Positions 43,787-53,500 of a DNA stretch of 64,000 bases are shown here, one piece after another. The position numbers were made by a program, and so were the translations under genes. The DNA comes from an uncultured Eubacteriales bacterium. Lineage in GTDB: Bacteria > Bacillota > Clostridia > Lachnospirales > Lachnospiraceae. Position 1 is the stretch's first letter, and every line of letters starts with the position of its first letter. The notes below the pieces were generated by a model that saw only the letters and a list, made by a program, of their open reading frames with translations, ran no database searches and was not told the DNA's origin. The stretch is taken from the NCBI GenBank assembly GCA_900316755.1, contig ONED01000004.1, forward strand, positions 713 to 64,712, read 5' to 3'.

Positions 43787-45226
43787 TTATTTGTTGTAAA
43801 CCGTATCTAAGTAAGACTGCATGCTTCCTCGCATGGAGCTAAGCACACTTGCCGGACTTCCCTGATTCCACAATGCTGCCGGCTGTAATGCATTGTTATA
43901 CAATGCGTTCATATCACCAATACCATAAATATAGTCATAGTTTGAATTCTCATACAGCATTTTGTAATTATCTACACTGCCCTGATCTCCGTCCTGGAAG
44001 AACTGCACTTCAATCGCTGCATCAATCCAGTCATCCCCCTGATATGCTGCTGCGCGTTCAGCCAGTGCATTGATAATGACAACCGCTTTATCCAAATCCT
44101 TATTATTAACCGTCACACCAAACCCTAACATATAGTGTCCGTCACAAGAATAATCTTCTGCATCCGGTCCTTTCGGCATCGGAACAAAACCATATTCAAT
44201 ATTATCTGCTGCCGGTTTAATCAATTGATTCATAACCCAGGTCTCACACATATAGAAAGCAGCCTTTCCATTTACAAATTCCTGTACAAAGTCAGACTGT
44301 GTATATCCACCTGCAAGGAAGGTTGCCTTTGTTCTCCATGACTCCGGAATATAAGCTACATTGTATGTGTTCGCCAAATCTGTTGCAAACGTCAAACCAT
44401 TGATAACCTTTTGGTCAGAGAAATTTTCAACTACTTTGCCTTCTTCATTCATCACCGCAAGGCGACCTCCGTTTGCATTGATAAAGTCTGAACAATATTT
44501 ATCTCCGGACTGTGACATCACTCCGTAACTTTCCGGGATTCCGTCATCATTTGCATCTACCGTTGCCTTCTGGCAAATTTCCAGAAACTTATCAAATGTC
44601 CATTCCCCATTCTTCACTAACTGCTGAATATCGTCCTGAATTCCCAGTTTCTTTAACAGCGTCTTGTTATAAACCATTCCGCCACGCACTTCATACGGTA
44701 CTGCGTAAGACAATGCATACGGTCTGCCTTTATATGTGGCCAGTTCTGTATACTTTGATGTATAATCCCAGCGTGCATCCGACATATCAAGACCCTCTAT
44801 AGAATCCAACGGTCTCAGATAACCTGCCCCGATTGCATTGTATAAATCGCAGAGATCCATCTGCACTAAATCTCCTACCTTCTCACCTGCTAGAATCTTT
44901 GAAGAAAAATTATCCGGATTTGGTACTACCGTGATTTTACAGTTATATAACTTTTCTACCTCTTCCCGCCGATCCTGCCATGCCTGTTCGGAGATAATCA
45001 GATCTTTTCCCGTCGGATCCTCATAATACTGGAAGGTTGCTGCAATCGTAAACTCATAACCGCCTAAATCCTGCACCTCTGCATTCGTGTAAGGATCCAC
45101 TTTCGGAAATTCCTCCGTGCTGCCATCTGTCTGTTTTGTGTCCTTGTTCTTGTCCCCACATCCTGCGGCTGTCAAAATCATCATTGCAGCCATCCCCAGT
45201 GCGAGAAACCGTTTCATTTTTGTCAT
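43787..45226 (-). CDS. Carbohydrate ABC transporter substrate-binding lipoprotein
   Basis: Lipobox LTAAGC; GEWTFDKFLEIC, FVNGKAAF, YGFVPMPKGP. Confidence 0.9.
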   Translation of the reverse strand: MTKMKRFLALGMAAMMILTAAGCGDKNKDTKQTDGSTEEFPKVDPYTNAEVQDLGGYEFTIAATFQYYEDPTGKDLIISEQAWQDRREEVEKLYNCKITVVPNPDNFSSKILAGEKVGDLVQMDLCDLYNAIGAGYLRPLDSIEGLDMSDARWDYTSKYTELATYKGRPYALSYAVPYEVRGGMVYNKTLLKKLGIQDDIQQLVKNGEWTFDKFLEICQKATVDANDDGIPESYGVMSQSGDKYCSDFINANGGRLAVMNEEGKVVENFSDQKVINGLTFATDLANTYNVAYIPESWRTKATFLAGGYTQSDFVQEFVNGKAAFYMCETWVMNQLIKPAADNIEYGFVPMPKGPDAEDYSCDGHYMLGFGVTVNNKDLDKAVVIINALAERAAAYQGDDWIDAAIEVQFFQDGDQGSVDNYKMLYENSNYDYIYGIGDMNALYNNALQPAALWNQGSPASVLSSMRGSMQSYLDTVYNK

Positions 45227-45262
45227 ATACTTTTTCCTCCTTGAAAATAATTGGTTTTATGA

Positions 45263-46147
45263 TTAATTTGCCATACCACTGAGAGCTATACTCTTTACTA
45301 AGTGCTTCTGACAAAATACCATCAAAATTAGCATTGGTATCATCATGATAATCATACCTGCATAGGTCACATTTCCTGCCTGCATTCCCATCATACCATC
45401 CAGACTCAGCAGCGTACTGCTAAGAAGCGGTACATCCGGATAGAACGCGGTCGCAAAAGACGAATCCGTCCACGTCCAGCAGAATGCAAATAGAAACACA
45501 GTAATCATGAGTGCCTTCGCATTTGGAACAACCACCAGTGCAAAGGTCTTAAAAATCCCTGCGCCGTCGATATACGCAGCATTTTCCATATCTGTCGGCA
45601 TCTGTTCAAAGAGCGACTTCATCAGAAAAATATAAAGTGCCTGTTTTAATCCCAGACCGGTAGCGGACAGGATATAATACGGAACCAGCGTATTGATTAG
45701 ACTGATATGGAAACTTCCGATTCCGAAAAACCGAAATTGAAAATACTGCGGAAGCTGCAAAACTGTCATGGGCACCAACATGACTACAAACAGCATAAAG
45801 GTCAAAAACTTTCTTCCCCGAAACTTAAATCGCGCCAATCCATAGCCAATCACCAAACTGGACAACATCTGGACGATTGCAACAGAAACAGCAAAAAGAA
45901 TGGAACGAAGTCCTGCCCCTTTAAAAAGTTCCAAAAGCTCTGCCGCCTTCTTCCAATAAAACAAGGACCAGTTTTTTGGAATCATGGACACTGTAGGATC
46001 TCCATAATCCGCCTGAGACATAAATGCGTACAACACATACTGAATAATCGGTTTCAAAATGACATAACACAATCCAAAGATTAATACAAAACGTAAGATA
46101 CGAATCATCCATTTTGAAATTTTTTTGTAATTTATTCTCTCTTTCAT
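45263..46147 (-). CDS. Carbohydrate ABC transporter permease (MalG-like)
   Basis: GYGLARFKFRGR; EAA-like ENAAYIDGAG. Confidence 0.92.
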   Translation of the reverse strand: MKERINYKKISKWMIRILRFVLIFGLCYVILKPIIQYVLYAFMSQADYGDPTVSMIPKNWSLFYWKKAAELLELFKGAGLRSILFAVSVAIVQMLSSLVIGYGLARFKFRGRKFLTFMLFVVMLVPMTVLQLPQYFQFRFFGIGSFHISLINTLVPYYILSATGLGLKQALYIFLMKSLFEQMPTDMENAAYIDGAGIFKTFALVVVPNAKALMITVFLFAFCWTWTDSSFATAFYPDVPLLSSTLLSLDGMMGMQAGNVTYAGMIIMMIPMLILMVFCQKHLVKSIALSGMAN

Positions 46148-46161
46148 CCTGTCTCACCTCC

Positions 46162-47073
46162 CTAGTCATTATGCATATTCGCAAGTTTGATCACGCCGCC
46201 ACCCACAAGCAGGCATACACCAACTGCCAAAAGATACAATACATTCATTGCACCGGCAAATGACAACTGATTGTTTACAAACTCCTGATTCACGATGTAC
46301 TCGTAAATTTTTGTATCCGTCGCCGTAAAAATACTGATTAAGGTATATACGCCACAGATAATAATCTGTGGAACAACCGATGGAATGGTAATCTTCCAAA
46401 AGCATTCCCATGCAGAACATCCTTCCACCTTGGCCGCCTCATAAATGGAAGATGGTATCTCTTGCAAAGCAGCCAAAAGTACATAAATCTGCATTCCGGA
46501 AGAACGGATAATCTTATTCAATCCATTTGCTGCCTCCACAATTACCTGTATGAGACCTTTTCCGACGTCAATCCGTTCCAGAAGCGCATACACTCCGGAG
46601 CTTTCGGCATCTGCAAGTGCATTTCCCAAATCACTGACTGTCATAATAGAAACCCAGTTGTTCTGGACATAGGCAATGACCCCCGTGGAAACAATTACCG
46701 GAATGAAGAAAATCATTCTGGATACTGTCCTTCCACGAAATTCCTGATTTAAAATAGATGCAATCAGCAAACTGAAAATCAGGATAACCGGTGTCTGTAC
46801 GAGAACCGTTCCCAGAAGTTCCAAAAGCATTCGGTTAAACTGCGGATCCTCCATCAACGCCTTTCGATAATAAGACAATCCTACAAAGTCCAGAGAATAT
46901 CCCCTTCCTCCTGATAATACCTGTATATCACTCATAGAGAAACGGAACAGGTTAAAGAGAGCCGGAAGAAAGAACACAAATAATCCGATTATAAACGGAA
47001 GAACAAAAATAATTCCCATTCTGTCTCTTCTCGTAATTGCTATTTTTCTTTTCTTATTCTTTTTCATCTTCAT
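46162..47073 (-). CDS. Carbohydrate ABC transporter permease (MalF-like)
   Basis: LQEIPSSIYEAAKVEGCSAWECFWKITIP. Confidence 0.92.
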   Translation of the reverse strand: MKMKKNKKRKIAITRRDRMGIIFVLPFIIGLFVFFLPALFNLFRFSMSDIQVLSGGRGYSLDFVGLSYYRKALMEDPQFNRMLLELLGTVLVQTPVILIFSLLIASILNQEFRGRTVSRMIFFIPVIVSTGVIAYVQNNWVSIMTVSDLGNALADAESSGVYALLERIDVGKGLIQVIVEAANGLNKIIRSSGMQIYVLLAALQEIPSSIYEAAKVEGCSAWECFWKITIPSVVPQIIICGVYTLISIFTATDTKIYEYIVNQEFVNNQLSFAGAMNVLYLLAVGVCLLVGGGVIKLANMHND

Positions 47074-47077
47074 CGGA

Positions 47078-49645
47078 TCACTTCCTTACTATAATATGGT
47101 TTTTTGCCTCAATCTGCTGACCGTTCCACTCTGCATTATCCTTTGTTTCATTAAAGATGACAGAGACACCATTTTGGTAGGTCACCTGATAAAGACCATT
47201 CTGTAAAATCTCAAAACCGGTTACCTCTTCTCCTGCTCTCAATGAGTACAATTCTTGATTTTCAGAACAAACACGCTTAATCTCTTCCAGCACCACATCA
47301 AACGCAGTGGGATATAAATCCTGATCGCTTTTCAAGGATTCCAGAGCTTTCTTATCTGTCACGCAGGAGTAATATGGATTCGCACCCGATAACAGAGAAA
47401 CAAATCTCGTCTGCTCCTGATTCCTTGACAGGTTCCATGTCTCGCCTGCAAAACTCACATTGCCATGCAATACAAGCTGGTAAAACGGAATACTGAAGGT
47501 TTCTGCTGAGAAATTGGAATCCGAAAGTGCCATATTCAGGATATGATTTGCATATGGAAGCACATACTCATTTCCAACATCCGTCATCAAAAACGTCTCT
47601 CCCTTCAGAATCTCCAGAGTCTTAGAAAGTGCTCTGGCACTCTCAATTCTGTCATACTCATCCTTGCTATTAAAATCAGAAAGCAGCGTTTTTCCCGCAT
47701 CACCTGCAGAAATATTAATATTTCCTGTGCCGGAGCTTTTTTTCAGGCTCCCTGTAAATTGTTCTGCCATACTCTCGTATAATTTCGGAGACAGCAAATA
47801 TCTTACATGGACATGATTGTCTGTCTTTCCTGTGACCAAATCACTATCACTTACGTCAGCCAGCGTCTTATCCAATCTCCTGATTGTGTCTGAAGTAGAG
47901 GAGAAACTGTCAAATCGGGTATCCTTATACACTGAAATAAAATCGTCTTCCAGGAAAAGTCCTCCACCATGTTCTATAAGCAGGGAAGCCAACCTCTCTA
48001 ATTCTTCCATACTTCCCACCTTCGGTTCCAGAGAAAACCGATCTGATATCCCATGGTATTTTCCACCATTCTTTGCATATCCGCTCAGCCGCACATACAC
48101 ATTTTCCACTCCACAGTCGAACAGAGTTTCTACCGACTTCTGAATGTCTTTCAATGTAGAAAGTATCACTTTCTCTTTATAAGAAATTCCGAGAAAAGAC
48201 GCATCCTGCTCTATATAGCCGGTAAATTCAAGGTATAACTTCATGCCACTTCCATCATCTGTGTCAGATAACTTGCCGGCTTCCTTAAGCTCCTCGCGAT
48301 ACCAGGATGCCATGTCCATCACATCTGCCTGCTTCTCCATGAGATGATATTCTATGTAAGGACATTCCACCGGAAGATCTTTCGTGAATACAGCCAGTTC
48401 CACATTGGATTTTCTCATCGAAAAACTGTCCATGGAATAAATATCAAATTCCGAATACGCATGTGCCAGATATTCTGTGCTTCCTGCACGGAATGCATTC
48501 ACCTTTGCCATCGCTGCAGCACCGCCTATATAAGCAACATAGCTACCCTTTGTGCTACTGTAGCCCCAAAGAGGAATGGCAGCATTTTTTGTATTCATGG
48601 ACGTAATCTGATTCTCACAAATAATGTCATTGCCGTATATTTTCTGCGAATATCCGGCATTATCAATCTTATCCAGCTTCATGATGGAGCCGCTTCCATC
48701 CGGCAGCAGCATAAACCCTTCTTCATCAGAAAGCAGACCACAGTTCAAGTACGGAAGTAACGCCACTGACTGAAGTGTGTATTCCTCGCTTCCACTGACA
48801 ATGCCATCTGTAAGCACTCGAACTCCAAACCCATCTTCTATCAGGCTGTACTCCACAGGAATTGTAAAAAACATCCCCTCTTCCTGCGAAAGCACAATGC
48901 CCATTGTCTCAATATCCTTTTCATACTGCTCTTTCGTATAAGAAGCCTGTTCCATGTAGCGGCTGAGAGCTGCTCTGTCTGTATCACTCAGACTATTACT
49001 TAGCACATAAAGTGCCTGTTCCTTTCCATAGGGATATTTCGCCCTTATCTCCTGTGCCTCCGTCGTCTCATTGTCCGGCTCATATAGCTTATACATCAAC
49101 TTTAATTTGAACTTGGTCGTGGAATCCAGCTTCTCTGTAATCTTCTGATACAGTGCTTCATCTAAGACCTCCGGCACAAAGGGTGGGTCTGCCTTTAACT
49201 GCATCGTGTAATATACCCGGATTGCCTTACCATCTGTCAGCACCTCAAAATTCTGAAAGGCAACAGAATGCTGGTTGGAATTCATCTCCAGCTTCTGACT
49301 CTTTTCGTCATAATAAGAAATCACCAATTCCGATTTTTCTTTATCGCCCAATTCCATCCGGGCATCCGCCAATTCCTCAGTTACAGAAGAATAATATACC
49401 GTATCGCAGCTGCTATCCTGCAGCACAAAGTGCCCTGTTGCCGCATCCATGGAAAAACGCAGCCTTCCGTTCTGCAAATCGACCGTATCTGTCTCTACCC
49501 TCGTCCAATCCGCATCCTCCGCTGACTGTTCCCGCTCACCATATTCACTGCTTTTTCTTACTTCTTTTCCCTGACTGCAGCCTGTCAACATTCCCAGAAA
49601 AATCGCACAGGTAAGTGCCAGAACTATTATCTTCTTTCTTCGCAT
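47078..49645 (-). CDS. DUF5696-like lipoprotein (putative glycoside-hydrolase-like TIM barrel)
   Basis: Lipobox LTGC; LLPDGSGSIM, PFYQLVLHGNVSF, VTYQNGVSVIFN; typical position in NHL/YIP1 ABC clusters. Confidence 0.7.
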   Translation of the reverse strand: MRRKKIIVLALTCAIFLGMLTGCSQGKEVRKSSEYGEREQSAEDADWTRVETDTVDLQNGRLRFSMDAATGHFVLQDSSCDTVYYSSVTEELADARMELGDKEKSELVISYYDEKSQKLEMNSNQHSVAFQNFEVLTDGKAIRVYYTMQLKADPPFVPEVLDEALYQKITEKLDSTTKFKLKLMYKLYEPDNETTEAQEIRAKYPYGKEQALYVLSNSLSDTDRAALSRYMEQASYTKEQYEKDIETMGIVLSQEEGMFFTIPVEYSLIEDGFGVRVLTDGIVSGSEEYTLQSVALLPYLNCGLLSDEEGFMLLPDGSGSIMKLDKIDNAGYSQKIYGNDIICENQITSMNTKNAAIPLWGYSSTKGSYVAYIGGAAAMAKVNAFRAGSTEYLAHAYSEFDIYSMDSFSMRKSNVELAVFTKDLPVECPYIEYHLMEKQADVMDMASWYREELKEAGKLSDTDDGSGMKLYLEFTGYIEQDASFLGISYKEKVILSTLKDIQKSVETLFDCGVENVYVRLSGYAKNGGKYHGISDRFSLEPKVGSMEELERLASLLIEHGGGLFLEDDFISVYKDTRFDSFSSTSDTIRRLDKTLADVSDSDLVTGKTDNHVHVRYLLSPKLYESMAEQFTGSLKKSSGTGNINISAGDAGKTLLSDFNSKDEYDRIESARALSKTLEILKGETFLMTDVGNEYVLPYANHILNMALSDSNFSAETFSIPFYQLVLHGNVSFAGETWNLSRNQEQTRFVSLLSGANPYYSCVTDKKALESLKSDQDLYPTAFDVVLEEIKRVCSENQELYSLRAGEEVTGFEILQNGLYQVTYQNGVSVIFNETKDNAEWNGQQIEAKNHIIVRK

Positions 49646-49675
49646 CGTACATTCATACTCCTTTCCTGTGAATTA

Positions 49676-51739
49676 TCAAATCTTCCGGTACAGCAGTTCC
49701 CGATAAATGCTATAGAAAAATCTCACCATATCATCCACCAGATTAAAGAACACTAATGCTACAAATAAAATCAACGCCATTCCGACTATCGTAAGAATTA
49801 TGGTCTTGATTCCCTCTCCCAGCGAATAATCATGGGTCATCATCATTCCAAAGAAAATCAAACCTGCTATCCATATCATCAGAATCATCTTAATTGTCGA
49901 ATACAGGAAGGATTCCTGCAGAGACAACACCTGCGACATCACAAAGAGTGCAATTCCTCCTCCGATATAGGGATAAAGTGCATTCGCCATAGAAATGTAG
50001 ATATCCTTCATGGTTCCCTTCCCGTCCATCAGAGAGGTAAAACACCAGTTTCCTACACAGTATGTCACCATCAATACAACAGCGGCCAACAGGGATACAA
50101 TCGCATCCACATCCTCCGGCTGCCCGTTCAGAAACAGATAGCCACTGAACTGTACATTCATCAAATAAACAATTAAGAACAAAGCTACAATCACATTGGC
50201 TGTCAGCAGATTTCCCCGTTTTTCCCGTTTTAAGCACCAAAATCCGTCAAGAGGATGGAACGAACAATATTTCGCATAAGCCAACCCTTTTCCCAGCTTG
50301 CTTTCCCGGAACATTTGCGCCCATTTTCCTTTCAGCCAGACTTTCTTGTAAAGCAGGAAACAAGCAATCACCCCTACGAGAATGAATAAAAGAATCAGAT
50401 AATTCTCGTAGATAAAGTCACTTCGATAGGTGCGGAATGCATCCGAATATGCTGTTTTGTCTGCAGAACTTTTTGCATACTCCATGGATAGCTGATAATC
50501 TGAATCATAAAGTGCCAGCTTACCCAGCGACTGCATCGCCAACGTATAAGTACTACAATCATCCAATACCCGCTCCCAGCACTCCTTAGCAACCTCGTAA
50601 TCCCCTGCAGTCATAGTGGCATTCGCAGTCAGAATTGCTTTTCCAAACTGTGTGCAGTCATATACATTGATATAACCGGTAACGGTATCTGCAATCAAAA
50701 GCCGGTCTCCCACGCATTCGATTGCCAAGGGGGAATTCGTCAATCCATTCTGCGAACCGTTCCGTCCAAATGCAAACAACAATTTTCCGTCGGAATTATA
50801 TGCAAAAATATGTCCTAAATAAGAGTCTAAGGCATAATATACACCATCGCTGTTTACACAGACATCCACGAAAGCCGAGCTTGTGGGAATATATTCTGTA
50901 TCCCCTGCAGGCATCTCTCCATCTGCATATTTTAAGATATCAATCCCCTGCAGATTCAGACGCACAATAGGCTGTACTCCCTCTGATTTCGTCGTGGCAT
51001 ACAAAAATCCGCTCTCGTCGAAAATAATGGAATTGTACTCCGTCGGAACACTCTTCGTCAAAGCCTCTTTCTGCGTCTTTGTCATAAACATTTTCCAAAT
51101 TTCATCCAGAAAGTCTGTCTTCACCTGCGGTGCACCGATAAACGATTGAAACTTTCCATCCGTATCCAAAACAATAAAACCACTGTTCACGCCTTCCGCT
51201 ACCACATACATCTGTCCGGTGATTCCAACTGCCAGCCGAATCGGCTTGTATGTATAGCCTGCTCCGAGCTGGGTAATTTCCGGTTTGTCAAAAGTGCGGA
51301 TAAATGAATAATCCTCTGCCCGGAACGTAACGATTCTGCCGTTTCCGGAATCTGCCACATAAAGAATCCCATCCCTGACACAGACGCCACTGCAATTTAC
51401 AAAAGCATCTGCGGTTCCATGATTATCAAACGTCTTCAGTACATATGTCTTTTCAAACTCACTATCTAATACCACAATACTGTTTGCCTGGCGGTCTGCC
51501 ACATACAGTCTCTGGTTTTCTCGGCAGTAAAACAAATCACTGATTTCCTGAAATTTCTCTGTCAGCTTTTTTTCAAATGTATAAGGCATCTGTATCTCCA
51601 TGGGTTTCCCATTGTCGTACACATATGCATCATATACCGTATCTCCGTTCTGATAGTCTGCTGCTGAAACCGGAATCACAAACGAGAAAATAAGCATCAG
51701 ACACATCAGTATCATCCCAATTTTTTTTCTTCTATTCAT
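49676..51739 (-). CDS. NHL-repeat beta-propeller protein with TPR linker and C-terminal YIP1-like membrane domain
   Basis: LYVADRQAN, LYVADSGNGRI, FGRNGSQNG propeller repeats; FHPLDGFW.LKREKRG then a multi-TM domain. Confidence 0.8.
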   Translation of the reverse strand: MNRRKKIGMILMCLMLIFSFVIPVSAADYQNGDTVYDAYVYDNGKPMEIQMPYTFEKKLTEKFQEISDLFYCRENQRLYVADRQANSIVVLDSEFEKTYVLKTFDNHGTADAFVNCSGVCVRDGILYVADSGNGRIVTFRAEDYSFIRTFDKPEITQLGAGYTYKPIRLAVGITGQMYVVAEGVNSGFIVLDTDGKFQSFIGAPQVKTDFLDEIWKMFMTKTQKEALTKSVPTEYNSIIFDESGFLYATTKSEGVQPIVRLNLQGIDILKYADGEMPAGDTEYIPTSSAFVDVCVNSDGVYYALDSYLGHIFAYNSDGKLLFAFGRNGSQNGLTNSPLAIECVGDRLLIADTVTGYINVYDCTQFGKAILTANATMTAGDYEVAKECWERVLDDCSTYTLAMQSLGKLALYDSDYQLSMEYAKSSADKTAYSDAFRTYRSDFIYENYLILLFILVGVIACFLLYKKVWLKGKWAQMFRESKLGKGLAYAKYCSFHPLDGFWCLKREKRGNLLTANVIVALFLIVYLMNVQFSGYLFLNGQPEDVDAIVSLLAAVVLMVTYCVGNWCFTSLMDGKGTMKDIYISMANALYPYIGGGIALFVMSQVLSLQESFLYSTIKMILMIWIAGLIFFGMMMTHDYSLGEGIKTIILTIVGMALILFVALVFFNLVDDMVRFFYSIYRELLYRKI

Positions 51740-51743
51740 GCTC

Positions 51744-52589
51744 CTACTCCTTCATACCTGATGTTGCCATCGTCTGCAGCACCTGACTCTGACTCACAAC
51801 GAAGACCGTAATCGGTACAATCATCATGAACACGGTGATTGCTGCCGTCACGCCTGCTCTGGACAGACCGGATGCCGAAATCTGGTTCAACACATACGCT
51901 AATGTTTTCTTTTCCTCACTATAAATCAGCATGTTCGGCATCGTATTCCAATACGCCTGTACAGAGAGAAGAATTGCCGTACACCATGCCGGCTTAATAT
52001 TGGGCATAACAATGTCCCAGAACACCTTCCACTCACTGGCACCGTCCAGTCTTGCCGCCTCCAAAAGCGAATCCGGAATGGACTGTTCCATAAACTGTTT
52101 AATCAGATACAGGCTGAGGGTAGAGCCCAAGGTTGGCAGGATAACCGCCCAAATCGAATCCACGATTCCAAGATTTGACATAATCACATAAAGCGGAATC
52201 GCTGTTACGGTTGTATTAAACATCAATGCCTTCACCACCAGACTGAAGATGAACTCACGTCCCGGGTAATGAAGCTTACACAAAGAATACGCCGCCATGG
52301 ATCCGGCCACCACATTTGCCAGAGTCCCACATACTGTAATCAGCACTGTATTCAGCAAATATCTGGAAAATGGTACAACTGAGCTTGACATCGCATTTAC
52401 CATGTCAATATAGTTCTTAATCGTAGGATTCTCCGGGAAAATCGTCGGTGGGAATTTCCACAATTCCGACAGACTTTTCAAAGAGTTACCAACTACCAGC
52501 ACCATAGGAAATGCGCTTAAACATGCTACCACAGCAATAAAGGCGAATAAGGCTATCGTACCGCCTCTGGAACGATTTAATCTTTTCAT
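51744..52589 (-). CDS. Carbohydrate ABC transporter permease (MalG-like)
   Basis: IPDSLLEAARLDGASEWKVFWDIVMP. Start MKRLN (ORF track starts at 52598). Confidence 0.92.
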   Translation of the reverse strand: MKRLNRSRGGTIALFAFIAVVACLSAFPMVLVVGNSLKSLSELWKFPPTIFPENPTIKNYIDMVNAMSSSVVPFSRYLLNTVLITVCGTLANVVAGSMAAYSLCKLHYPGREFIFSLVVKALMFNTTVTAIPLYVIMSNLGIVDSIWAVILPTLGSTLSLYLIKQFMEQSIPDSLLEAARLDGASEWKVFWDIVMPNIKPAWCTAILLSVQAYWNTMPNMLIYSEEKKTLAYVLNQISASGLSRAGVTAAITVFMMIVPITVFVVSQSQVLQTMATSGMKE

Positions 52590-52590
52590 G

Positions 52591-53484
52591 CTACTCACCC
52601 ACCTTCGAAATAATTTTTTGTATCACGCTATTGGCAATTAACATGATGGCAAACAGCACAGTTGCAATTGCCGACGCATACCCCAGCTCCAACCGGGTGT
52701 TGGCATAATCTTGAAGTTCATGTACCATAGTATACAGTGCATAGTCTGTACTTGGATTTCCGAAAACACCGTCAAGAATCGGTCCTACACCAAAGGAACC
52801 GGTAATACTCATAACCGCACCGAACAACAACTGTGGTTTCATCGACGGAAGCGTAATGTACCAGAGTTCCTGCCAGCGGTTGGAAACCCCGTCTATGGCT
52901 CCCGCTTCATATAATGTTGTATCGATATTTAAGAATCCTGCAATAAATGCCAGGAAACTGCTCCCCAAACTACTCCACAAAATAATGAGGATCGCAACAT
53001 ACATCATATAGGTGGGGTCTGTCGTCCACTGGATTGGTTCATATATGATATTGTTATTCAGCAAGAACGAGTTAATCCAACCATACCGGTCACCGCTAAA
53101 AATAACCGTGAATACCAGAAATACCCCGCCACAGATAGATGGTGCATAGAATATCAGTGTCAGAATCGCACGAATCTTCGGCGAAAATTCACTGATAATC
53201 CATGCCAGGACAAAACTCATGAAATACCCTACCGGCCCTGTAATCAGCGCAAATACCAGTGTATTGGATATCGCCTTCATGAACAATTCGTCCTTTAAAA
53301 ACAGCTTAATATAATTGCTGAGGCCGACAAAATTAGGCCACGTAAACCCATTGAAATAAGTAAAACTTAAAACAACAGATGCAATCATTGGCAAAACCGT
53401 AAATACAATAAACGCTATGAGGAAAGGCGCAATAAATGCATAGCCTGTTAAAATCTGTCTTTTTGTATATTTTTTCTGCTTCAT
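52591..53484 (-). CDS. Carbohydrate ABC transporter permease (MalF-like)
   Basis: TLYEAGAIDGVSNRWQELWYITLP; ELGYASAIA. Confidence 0.92.
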   Translation of the reverse strand: MKQKKYTKRQILTGYAFIAPFLIAFIVFTVLPMIASVVLSFTYFNGFTWPNFVGLSNYIKLFLKDELFMKAISNTLVFALITGPVGYFMSFVLAWIISEFSPKIRAILTLIFYAPSICGGVFLVFTVIFSGDRYGWINSFLLNNNIIYEPIQWTTDPTYMMYVAILIILWSSLGSSFLAFIAGFLNIDTTLYEAGAIDGVSNRWQELWYITLPSMKPQLLFGAVMSITGSFGVGPILDGVFGNPSTDYALYTMVHELQDYANTRLELGYASAIATVLFAIMLIANSVIQKIISKVGE

Positions 53485-53500
53485 TTGCTCTCCTCACTTT